64,000 nucleotides of DNA, taken from contig OZ219926.1 in assembly GCA_964291405.2 (NCBI GenBank), forward strand, positions 544,001-608,000, read 5' to 3'. Positions 1-7,307 of this stretch are shown here, one piece after another. The notes beneath the pieces were generated by a model, which made no database searches, was not told where the DNA came from, and saw only the letters and a program-made list of their open reading frames with translations. The number at the start of each line of letters is the position of its first letter. Position 1 is the stretch's first letter. A program made the translations under genes and the position numbers. The stretch is from Thermodesulfobacteriota bacterium. GTDB taxonomy: Bacteria > Desulfobacterota > Binatia > Bin18.

Positions 1-652
1 TGACCCGCAGTTGGCCGTGCGAGAAATGGAACGCGTCGCCAAGCTTGGCTGCCGGACGATCTTTGTGGCGGCCGCACCCATTGACGGCAAAAGTTTTGGC
101 TTACCGGAGTACGATCCGGTCTGGGCCGCGGCCCAGGACCTCGACCTGAGTATCGGTCTCCACCTCGTCGGTCATAAAAACTACACCGGCAGCGAGTGGT
201 TCCGGGATCGCGACCCCGGCTTTATGTATCTGACCATGAGTATCATCCAAGACCCGCGTCATGCCGTGACGGCCATGATGTATGATGGCGTGTTTGAACG
301 CTTTCCCAAGCTGCGGGTCGCGACCATCGAGGCTATGGTCGGCTGGATAGGCGAGTGGCTGGAGCGGGTAGACTATCGCTACCAGTACATGGGCCACACC
401 TCACAGATGAAACGTCCGGCGAGCGAGTATTTTGCCCGCAATATCTGGGTCAACGGCGACCCGGAGGAAAAAATGTTTCCCCTGATGGTTCAGTTTGCCG
501 GCGACGACCGCTTCTTCATTGGCTCCGACTATCCGCACGCCGAAGGATTCGTCGATCCGGTCCAGAAGGCGCGGGATGTCCTCTCCTCCTTACCGGCGGA
601 GTCCGTGGATAAGATTCTGGGCACCAACGCGGCGACGTTCTACGGTATTTAA
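1..652 (+). CDS. Amidohydrolase_2 family protein, 5'-truncated by the window edge
   Basis: Motifs YDPVWAAAQDLDLSIGLH, GVFERFPKL and GSDYPH..G are typical of the amidohydrolase 2 family. The frame is open to the window edge. Confidence 0.85.
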   Translation, partial: DPQLAVREMERVAKLGCRTIFVAAAPIDGKSFGLPEYDPVWAAAQDLDLSIGLHLVGHKNYTGSEWFRDRDPGFMYLTMSIIQDPRHAVTAMMYDGVFERFPKLRVATIEAMVGWIGEWLERVDYRYQYMGHTSQMKRPASEYFARNIWVNGDPEEKMFPLMVQFAGDDRFFIGSDYPHAEGFVDPVQKARDVLSSLPAESVDKILGTNAATFYGI

Positions 653-703
653 TAGTCCTGACACGTTGAGCCAGCATGGGACGTTGTCTCCATGCTGGCT
701 CCC

Positions 704-1462
704 TCAGCCTTGCAGCAGACAGAGAATCTCGTCGTGCAACTGCCCGTTCGAGATCACCGCATCCCCGGTGTAAATAGACGGTGTTCCGGCAAAGTCGGAG
801 AACCGTCCGCCCGCTTCGGTGATCAGAATCCTGGTTGCCGCCACGTCCCAGGGCTTGATCTCCGGCTCCAGGGCGACCTCGGCCAGCCCCTTCGCCACCA
901 GACTGTGTCCTAACGCATCCCCAAAGCCTCGCTGTCGAGCGGTCGCATCGACCAAGCGCAAAAAAGGTTGCCAGCACGGCCGGGCTTTCAGGTCATTCAG
1001 GCCGCCATGAATCAGCATGGCATCGTGCAGTTGGGCCACCTCCGAGACAGACACCTGTTTGCCATTGGCAAAGGTTCCCTGCCCTTTCTGGGCATACAGC
1101 AGGTCGTCAAGGGCTGGTGCGTACATCACACCGGCAGTGATTTCCCCGTCTTCTTCAAGAGCGATGAGCGTGGCAAAAAAAGGAATCCCGCGAATAAAAT
1201 TCTTGGTGCCGTCAATAGGGTCGATAATCCACCGGGCGGACGTGTTGCCCGGCTGCTCGCCGAGTTCTTCGCCCAGAAAGCCATGGTCCGGGAAGTGCGT
1301 GTGCAGCACGTCGATAATGCGTGCCTCACACTCCCGGTCGGCTCTGGTGACGGGGGTACGATCAGCTTTCAGCTCAACCGTCAGATTGGTTTTGAAATAG
1401 CGCAGGGCAATATCGCCAGCGGCATGCGCGGCGGTTACCGCAGCGTGAAGAACAGGGTCCAC
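704..1462 (-). CDS. Inositol monophosphatase family protein, HisN-like histidinol-phosphate phosphatase
   Basis: Motifs TPVTRADRECE, GEE, WIIDPIDGTKNF and KPWDVAA. Likely GTG start at 1462, directly after the SDR stop. Confidence 0.8.
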   Translation of the reverse strand: MDPVLHAAVTAAHAAGDIALRYFKTNLTVELKADRTPVTRADRECEARIIDVLHTHFPDHGFLGEELGEQPGNTSARWIIDPIDGTKNFIRGIPFFATLIALEEDGEITAGVMYAPALDDLLYAQKGQGTFANGKQVSVSEVAQLHDAMLIHGGLNDLKARPCWQPFLRLVDATARQRGFGDALGHSLVAKGLAEVALEPEIKPWDVAATRILITEAGGRFSDFAGTPSIYTGDAVISNGQLHDEILCLLQG

Positions 1463-1463
1463 G

Positions 1464-2255
1464 CTAGAGCAGCCCCCGAACCGCGCCACCATCAATCTGA
1501 AGGCTCGTACCCGTAATATAACTGGCCGCCTCCGAGGCCAGAAAGACAATGCCGTTGGCCATTTCTAGCGGCTCTCCAATCCGGCCGAGCGGCACGTCTT
1601 TCCCACCTTCCTCTAGAGCCTGTTCCAGGGAGATACCGGCCTTTTCGGCCCGGATGGCCAGCGCCCCGGTGAGGCGGTCGGTGAGAATGCGGCCGGGTAA
1701 GACCGTGTTGACCGTGATATTATACTTGCCAACCTCGCGCGACAGCGTCTTTGCCATGCCGACCACGGCTGGACGCACTCCGTTCGACAGGATGAGACCG
1801 TCAAGCGGTTCTTTGACCGACATGGACATGACGCTGACGATACGGCCCCAGCGCTGCTTTTGCATATAGGGCAACGCTTTGCGAATCAGCCGGACGGTGC
1901 TGAGAAAATTAAGCGCAAAAGCCTGCTCCCAGGCGGTGTCGTCCATGTCTCCAAAGCCGCCCAATGGCGGGCCGCCAGTATTCGGTACGAGGACATGAAC
2001 GGTGCCAAATTTGGCAACGGTCTCATCGACCAGCCTTTCGGCTGCTTCGGCTTGCGCAAGATCTCCGGCTACGGCTAATACCTCGGCTCCTGTCTCACTC
2101 TGCATCTCGCGCGCAGCCTTGTCCAAGAGCTCCGGGTTACGGGCGCAGATGACGACTTTTGCGCCCTCTTTGGCAAACGCTAATGCGGTCGCCTGACCAA
2201 TACCCTTACTGGCGCCACCGACAATGACAACTTTATCCTTGAGACCGAGATCCAT
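1464..2255 (-). CDS. SDR family oxidoreductase (FabG-like)
   Basis: MDLGLKDKV..GGASKGIG Rossmann motif, NTGGPP, C-terminal SYITG..LQIDGG. Confidence 0.9.
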   Translation of the reverse strand: MDLGLKDKVVIVGGASKGIGQATALAFAKEGAKVVICARNPELLDKAAREMQSETGAEVLAVAGDLAQAEAAERLVDETVAKFGTVHVLVPNTGGPPLGGFGDMDDTAWEQAFALNFLSTVRLIRKALPYMQKQRWGRIVSVMSMSVKEPLDGLILSNGVRPAVVGMAKTLSREVGKYNITVNTVLPGRILTDRLTGALAIRAEKAGISLEQALEEGGKDVPLGRIGEPLEMANGIVFLASEAASYITGTSLQIDGGAVRGLL

Positions 2256-2296
2256 ATATCTCTCCTCATGCGTTCTGGTCGCGTCTCTTTGGTCGC

Positions 2297-3172
2297 CTAC
2301 AGATACCCCTTTTTCTCATAAAACCCGCGGACCGCTGACTCAAAGCCCTGCGGATTATCTCCCATGACAGAATGGCCAGCCTTGGGTACGAGGGCAAACT
2401 CCGAACCAGGAATCAGTTCTTGTAGGTCCCGTGCGCCATCCAACGAAAAGACATCGCTCTCGCCGCCCTTGACCACCAAGGTCGGACATTGGATCTTTTT
2501 GACCGCCGCAGACAGCTCTGCCTGCATCTGCTTGACATCAACCTTACGGTGACCGTCGCTGAAATACGTATCGTATTTCCAGGTCCACTTGCCCCCTGGA
2601 GTCTCTTTGAGATTATACACCACCGTATATTTGCGTATGACTTCGAGCGGACGCCGTGGATTAAACCGATGAATCACCTCTGCCGCCTGATCCAGGGAGT
2701 CGAACTCACGGTAGTTTTTCATAAAATCACGAATATGCTTGATGCCTTTGGGCTCTACTCGCGGGCCAACATCCACGACGACCAGGGCTTCGACTTTGTC
2801 GGGACATTTTGCCGTGAAGGCGAGCGAGTTTGCCCCCCCCATCGACATGCCAGTCAGAAAGAAACGCTCCAGACCGAGCGCATCGGTGAAGGCATCGGCA
2901 TCCTCGACCATGGAGGCGCGTGAATAGTCCTTATCGGCAGCCCAGTCCGTATCCCCATGGCCACGCTGATCGAAAGCCATGACGTGAAAATGGTCAGACA
3001 TGGCCGCGGCAAACAGATCCCAGGTATGACAGGTCTGCCCTACCCCATGCAGCAGGACTAATGGTGGCTTTTCCGGGCTACCCCAGTCGAGGTAGTGAAA
3101 CCGCAGTCCGTTCGCCTGAACGTATTGATCCGTGAATTGTTTCGCGTCCGAGTTTGATTCCTGGGCCGTCAT
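2297..3172 (-). CDS. Alpha/beta fold hydrolase
   Basis: LLHG oxyanion motif, DQRGHG, GMSMGG nucleophile elbow and catalytic His in AGH. AAAGGAGG RBS upstream of ATG 3172. Confidence 0.9.
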   Translation of the reverse strand: MTAQESNSDAKQFTDQYVQANGLRFHYLDWGSPEKPPLVLLHGVGQTCHTWDLFAAAMSDHFHVMAFDQRGHGDTDWAADKDYSRASMVEDADAFTDALGLERFFLTGMSMGGANSLAFTAKCPDKVEALVVVDVGPRVEPKGIKHIRDFMKNYREFDSLDQAAEVIHRFNPRRPLEVIRKYTVVYNLKETPGGKWTWKYDTYFSDGHRKVDVKQMQAELSAAVKKIQCPTLVVKGGESDVFSLDGARDLQELIPGSEFALVPKAGHSVMGDNPQGFESAVRGFYEKKGYL

Positions 3173-3250
3173 GCATCGTCCTCCTTTGGTGCGCTTCCCC
3201 TGCACTGTTGAGGGGCTACAATAAAGGAAAAGCTGCGGCCGGGAAAGGTA

Positions 3251-3898
3251 TTAGAGCAGTGACCGCACCACCTCGGGCGTGACTTCTCCGAGGTCGGACA
3301 AGACGAGGGCCGCCTGACTAAAGTCGTTGTTTTGGGTGTATGCGTTCGGCACGGCGATGCAGGCAATGCCGGCTCTGGCAGCCGCTGTGACGCCACGATA
3401 CGTGTCTTCCACGACCACGCACCGCTCTCGGGCCAAGCCGAGCTTTTTTGTCGCAGCTAAGAAGGCATCCGGCTCGGGTTTCGCCCGTTCATAATCCTGG
3501 CGCGCGACCGTGTGATCGAAAAACCGATCGAGGTCAAATTTCCTCAGGACGAAGTCTAAATGTTCGCGCTGGCTATTGGTTGCAACAGTCAGTCCAAAGT
3601 GCTGAGACAACTGGGTGAGGGTCTCCTCCACATAGGGCATCAGCGAGACTTCCGTTTTCAACAACTGAAGAAAAATGGGCGAGCGAAGCTGGCGCAAGGT
3701 GGCCGGCGCGACTGGCAATTTGTGCTTTTCTACAATGTATTCGGGTCCGATTCCCCGGGCGATCCAGTACTCTTCATATTCGCGTTGGGTCACGCTGACG
3801 CCATACGGCTTGAGCACTTCACTATACGCGCGGTAGTACAGCCCCTCAGAGTCAATCAGAACCCCGTCCAAATCGAAGATGACGCCAGCGTCTCCCAT
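3251..3898 (-). CDS. HAD family phosphatase (beta-PGM/CbbY-like)
   Basis: FDLDGVLIDSE motif I, KPEPD and VVVED..G motifs. Probable start is ATG 3898. Confidence 0.9.
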   Translation of the reverse strand: MGDAGVIFDLDGVLIDSEGLYYRAYSEVLKPYGVSVTQREYEEYWIARGIGPEYIVEKHKLPVAPATLRQLRSPIFLQLLKTEVSLMPYVEETLTQLSQHFGLTVATNSQREHLDFVLRKFDLDRFFDHTVARQDYERAKPEPDAFLAATKKLGLARERCVVVEDTYRGVTAAARAGIACIAVPNAYTQNNDFSQAALVLSDLGEVTPEVVRSLL

Positions 3899-3962
3899 CC
3901 CTCGCTCACTTTCTCCAACACGCAATTCATTCGTTGCCTGTTTTGTAGTATGCTCTTTGGCC

Positions 3963-4074
3963 ATAAGCATTCAGTATTGATACTGAATGGTAATTGATAT
4001 GCCGAATGGTATAAAGGAAAACAATGCTATGCAGCATAGAGCATTACCGCTCAGAAGAAATTCTGAGCGCTCCC
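3963..4074 (+). repeat. 112-bp AT-rich multi-hairpin dispersed element, monomer copy
   Basis: ATAAGCATTCAG...TTCTGAGCGCTCCC matches 6935-6944 joined to 7206-7307 with 2 substitutions. It contains inverted repeats CATTCAGTAT/ATACTGAATG, TATGCC-GAAT-GGTATA, CTATGC-A-GCATAG and CGCTCAGAA-GAAA-TTCTGAGCG. Confidence 0.95.
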
Positions 4075-4301
4075 TGAAGGCGGCCCAAGACGATCCGTCC
4101 GCAGCCTGGGTCGAGATATTTCGTGAGCTTGGCTTTCCGGCCTACCCTGTTCGGGTAGACGGAGACATGGTCTGTATTATGGCCCCGGCGGCGGATTGTC
4201 CGCGTTTACTCGAAGAGACCATCCGTGAGCCGCTGATTCAACATGGCAAAGCCCTGGGCTACCGGTTTATTACACTCGACATCGGACACTTTGTGGAGTA
4301 A
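4029..4301 (+). CDS. Small protein resembling the C-terminal domain of LarE, with an N-terminus encoded by the repeat element
   Basis: FRELGFPAYPVRVDGDMVCI...PRLLEETIREPLIQHGKALGYRFITLDI resembles the LarE C-terminal pattern (LGF..vRVR..g..arI..lGF.yVTLDL). ATG 4029 follows AAGGAA inside the element. Confidence 0.55.
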   Translation: MQHRALPLRRNSERSLKAAQDDPSAAWVEIFRELGFPAYPVRVDGDMVCIMAPAADCPRLLEETIREPLIQHGKALGYRFITLDIGHFVE

Positions 4302-4313
4302 CGGACAGCGTGC

Positions 4314-4688
4314 TCACTGCGTATCAAGGTCGGCTCGGGCCTGCTCCCAGTCCTGACCGTTGAAGCGCTCGATTTCCAACTCTTCCAGATTCACGCCCTC
4401 CACACAGCGCAGATTCACATCGATCATATCGGGGTGTGAACGCGGGATATAGTACGAAGAGATGCCACACGTAGAACAAAAGTAATGCTTGGCCGTCTTG
4501 GTATGAAATTCGTACAGGCTGAGGGCGTCTGAAGAAGACAGTAAGTGAAAGCGCTCAGGTTCAACTATCCAGTGCAGAAAACCCTTCTTCCGGCAGATTG
4601 AGCAATTACAGTCCAGTACCCGATCAATCTGACCGGAGACCTCAAACCGGACACGCCCGCAATGACAACCTCCTGTGTAGCTTGGCAT
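4314..4688 (-). CDS. GFA (CENP-V/glutathione-dependent formaldehyde-activating) family protein
   Basis: Zn-binding motifs GGCHCG, CNCSIC and FCSTCG, plus RSHP. Confidence 0.9.
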   Translation of the reverse strand: MPSYTGGCHCGRVRFEVSGQIDRVLDCNCSICRKKGFLHWIVEPERFHLLSSSDALSLYEFHTKTAKHYFCSTCGISSYYIPRSHPDMIDVNLRCVEGVNLEELEIERFNGQDWEQARADLDTQ

Positions 4689-4822
4689 ATTCGCCTCTCA
4701 TCAGCCTCGACATTCTCGGCGGAGGTCTCATGACCTCTCCCCTGCATAGCAAGAAACAACCGACCAGAGAAGCCGTCAGGCCCTTGACCCTTTGAGTCCC
4801 CAAGCGATATGAGGGAGCAGAT

Positions 4823-4899
4823 CGGGGTGTGGCGCAGTCTGGTAGCGTACTCGCTTGGGGTGCGAGTGGTCGGCCGTTCAAATCGGCTCACCCCGACCA
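4823..4899 (+). tRNA. tRNA-Pro(GGG)
   Basis: Acceptor stem CGGGGTG/CACCCCG with encoded ACCA end. D-arm GCGC-AGTCTGGTA-GCGT, anticodon arm CTCGC-TTGGGGT-GCGAG, T-loop TTCAAAT. Confidence 0.97.
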
Positions 4900-4917
4900 C
4901 ATTGGCTCCGTGAGGAG

Positions 4918-4950
4918 AGGCGATCACACCGGTGGTCGCCTTTTCTTTTT
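4918..4950 (+). terminator. Intrinsic terminator-like hairpin after tRNA-Pro
   Basis: AGGCGATCAC-ACCG-GTGGTCGCCT followed by TTTCTTTTT. Confidence 0.7.
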
Positions 4951-4975
4951 CTCAGCTTTCTGGTGGAATATCGCT

Positions 4976-5728
4976 ATGATGATTCTGGTGTCGAACGACG
5001 ACGGTATCCAGTCAGAAGGCCTCCGTTGCCTCGAAGAAACCCTCGCCGGTGTTGGTGAGGTCTATACCGTTGCTCCCGACAAAGAGCAAAGCGCGGTCAG
5101 TCATTCGCTGACCTTACACCGGCCCCTGCGGATCGAAGAGGTCGCCCCACACCGCTTTGCCGTCAACGGCACTCCGACCGATTGTATCAATATTGCCGTC
5201 AAGGGGTTTTTACCCGTTCGGCCCGATCTGATCGTTTCAGGCATCAACAAAGGGCCGAATATGGGAGACGATATTACGTATTCGGGTACGGTTGCCGCTG
5301 CACTGGAAGGAGCCCTTTTAGGTATTCCGGCCATTGCCGTTTCGCTGGTAACGTTTACCCCTCCCTACCATTTCCAAGCGGCCGCCGAGTTCTCGGCCAT
5401 GCTGGCAGCCGAAATCCAGACTCCTCGGTTTCCAGCGGACAGCTTGTTGAACGTCAACGTGCCGAACCTGCCGCCTGACCAGATCAGAGGCTATCGTTTT
5501 ACCCGCCAGGGCAAACGGCACTACGGTGAGAATATCGACGTCCGCACGGACCCGAGAGGCAGAAAATACTACTGGATCGGTGGTGATGACCTTGGCTTCG
5601 ATCCCATAGAAGGCTCGGACTGCGTCGCCGTCCACGACGGTTATATTTCAGTCACCCCCTTACGCGCGGACCTCACCCACCACAGCGCCCTCGAAGCCCT
5701 TCAAGACATCCGGCTACCGTGGCGCTAG
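4976..5728 (+). CDS. surE: 5'/3'-nucleotidase SurE
   Basis: ILVSNDDG, VAPDKEQS, GTPTDC, SGINKGPNMG and YSGTV motifs. The true start lies downstream of the tRNA. Confidence 0.97.
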   Translation: MMILVSNDDGIQSEGLRCLEETLAGVGEVYTVAPDKEQSAVSHSLTLHRPLRIEEVAPHRFAVNGTPTDCINIAVKGFLPVRPDLIVSGINKGPNMGDDITYSGTVAAALEGALLGIPAIAVSLVTFTPPYHFQAAAEFSAMLAAEIQTPRFPADSLLNVNVPNLPPDQIRGYRFTRQGKRHYGENIDVRTDPRGRKYYWIGGDDLGFDPIEGSDCVAVHDGYISVTPLRADLTHHSALEALQDIRLPWR

Positions 5729-5750
5729 GGAACGGATCGGCCGACACTCC

Positions 5751-6938
5751 ATGCAGCAGATCTATCTTGACCATAACGCAACGACGCCCATACGGCCGGA
5801 AGTCGTAGAGGCCATGTTGCCCTACTTCACAGGGACATTCGGCAATCCGTCAAGCGTGCATTGGGCCGGTCGTCAAGCCAAACAGGCCCTGGAAACGGCG
5901 CGTGACCATGTGGCGGAGCTGATTGGAGCCAAATCCTCAGAAATACTGTTTACCAGCGGTGGGACAGAGAGTAATAATCTCGCCGTGCATGGGGTGCTCA
6001 AGCCTCGGGGAGTAACCCCCTTTCGTATCGTGACCACGCCCATCGAACACTCGTCTGTTCTGGCAACGATTAAAGCCCTCGGTACCGCCATCGCGTCTGT
6101 TGAGGTTGTGACGCTTGCGGTAGATGACCAGGGGCGCGTCAGTCCGAGCGCTCTTGAAGCCGCCCTGACCCCGGACACCGCCCTCGTGAGCATCGGGCTT
6201 GCCAACCACGAGATTGGTACCCTCCAGCCGATCCGGGAGTTGAGCCCCATGATTCGGGGGCGCGCTATTCCGTTCCATGTGGATGCGGTCCAGGCGGTGG
6301 GGAAAATCCCCGTTGATGTGAACCAACTCGGGGTCGATATCTTATCCTTGTCCGCGCATAAAATTTATGGTCCCAAAGGGATCGGGGCGCTATATGTACG
6401 GCAGGGAACAGCGTTGTCTGCGGTTTTTCGTGGCGGCCCCCAGGAGCGTGAAAAACGGCCCGGCACGGAGAATGTGGCTGCCGCCGTCGGCTTTGGATAC
6501 GCTGCTCAACTCTGCGCCCAAGATATTGAATCAACGCACCCACGTCTGATACATCTCATAACTCGCCTGTGGGACGGCATACAGCAGCATATCCCGGATG
6601 TCGTCCGGTACACGCCAACGCAGGCCTGCTTACCGAATACCCTGAATGTCGGCTTTGCGGGAGCCTCAGGCGAAGGCTTAATGATGGGCCTTGACCTCGC
6701 CGGTGTTGCCGTTTCCACTGGCTCAGCGTGTGCGGCAGGGTCGGTTGAGCCGTCTCATGTTCTCCTGGCTGTGGGCTGCGACGAGGCCGGGGCCAGGAGC
6801 GCGATTCGGTTTAGTGCAGGCAGAGACACGACGGAAGAAGACATCGAAACGGTCATACGGATACTGCCTGGTATTGTGGAACGAGTCCGAAAGGCGGGTC
6901 GTAGCGGGGAAGAGGAACGACCGCTCAATTCTCTATAA
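5751..6938 (+). CDS. iscS: Cysteine desulfurase (IscS/NifS type)
   Basis: IYLDHNATT, GNPSS, SAHKIYGPKG (PLP Lys) and STGSAC (catalytic Cys). Lies upstream of mnmA. Confidence 0.92.
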   Translation: MQQIYLDHNATTPIRPEVVEAMLPYFTGTFGNPSSVHWAGRQAKQALETARDHVAELIGAKSSEILFTSGGTESNNLAVHGVLKPRGVTPFRIVTTPIEHSSVLATIKALGTAIASVEVVTLAVDDQGRVSPSALEAALTPDTALVSIGLANHEIGTLQPIRELSPMIRGRAIPFHVDAVQAVGKIPVDVNQLGVDILSLSAHKIYGPKGIGALYVRQGTALSAVFRGGPQEREKRPGTENVAAAVGFGYAAQLCAQDIESTHPRLIHLITRLWDGIQQHIPDVVRYTPTQACLPNTLNVGFAGASGEGLMMGLDLAGVAVSTGSACAAGSVEPSHVLLAVGCDEAGARSAIRFSAGRDTTEEDIETVIRILPGIVERVRKAGRSGEEERPLNSL

Positions 6939-7307
6939 GCATTCAGTATTGATACTGAATGGTAATTGATATGCCGAATGGCATGCAGGAAGACAATGCT
7001 ATGCCGCATAGAGTATTGATACTGAATGGTAATTGATATGCCTGAATGGTAATTGATATGCCGAATGGTATGAAGGAAGACAATGCTATGCCGCATAGAG
7101 TATTGATACTGAATGGTAATTGATATGCCGAATGGTATGAAGGAAGACAATGCTATGCCGCTGAATGCCGAATGGCATGCAGGAAAACAATGCTATGCCG
7201 CATAGAGTATTGATACTGAATGGTAATTGATATGCCGAATGGTATGAAGGAAGACAATGCTATGCAGCATAGAGCATTACCGCTCAGAAGAAATTCTGAG
7301 CGCTCCC
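6935..7307 (+). repeat. Internally amplified copy of the 112-bp element: tandem array of about 67-bp units
   Basis: Units are 6945-7011 (67 bp), 7012-7098 (67 bp plus a 20-bp internal duplication), 7099-7161 (3'-truncated), 7162-7205 (5'-truncated) and 7206-7272 (67 bp). They are flanked by the same left (6935-6944) and right (7273-7307) ends as the monomer. Confidence 0.95.

Noticed and set aside
3899-3970. HAD phosphatase starting inside the repeat element (MLMAKEH...)
   Set aside because: A closer ATG at 3898 precedes motif I at the normal distance, so the element-derived start is not required, though it cannot be excluded.
4823-4950. tRNA-Pro as an integration site of a genomic island
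   Set aside because: No integrase or island-like genes are nearby, and I saw no duplicated tRNA 3' end in the window.
4829-4975. 49-aa N-terminal extension of SurE in the ORF track
   Set aside because: It overlaps tRNA-Pro and its terminator. SurE homology starts at ATG 4976/4979.
6755-7150. 131-aa minus-strand ORF with repeated peptide ISITIQYQYSMRHSIVFLH
   Set aside because: It is the antisense reading of the DNA repeat and overlaps iscS. There is no independent evidence for coding.
6935-7307. Possible CRISPR array
   Set aside because: The units are contiguous near-identical tandem copies with no unique spacers, and there are no cas genes in the window.
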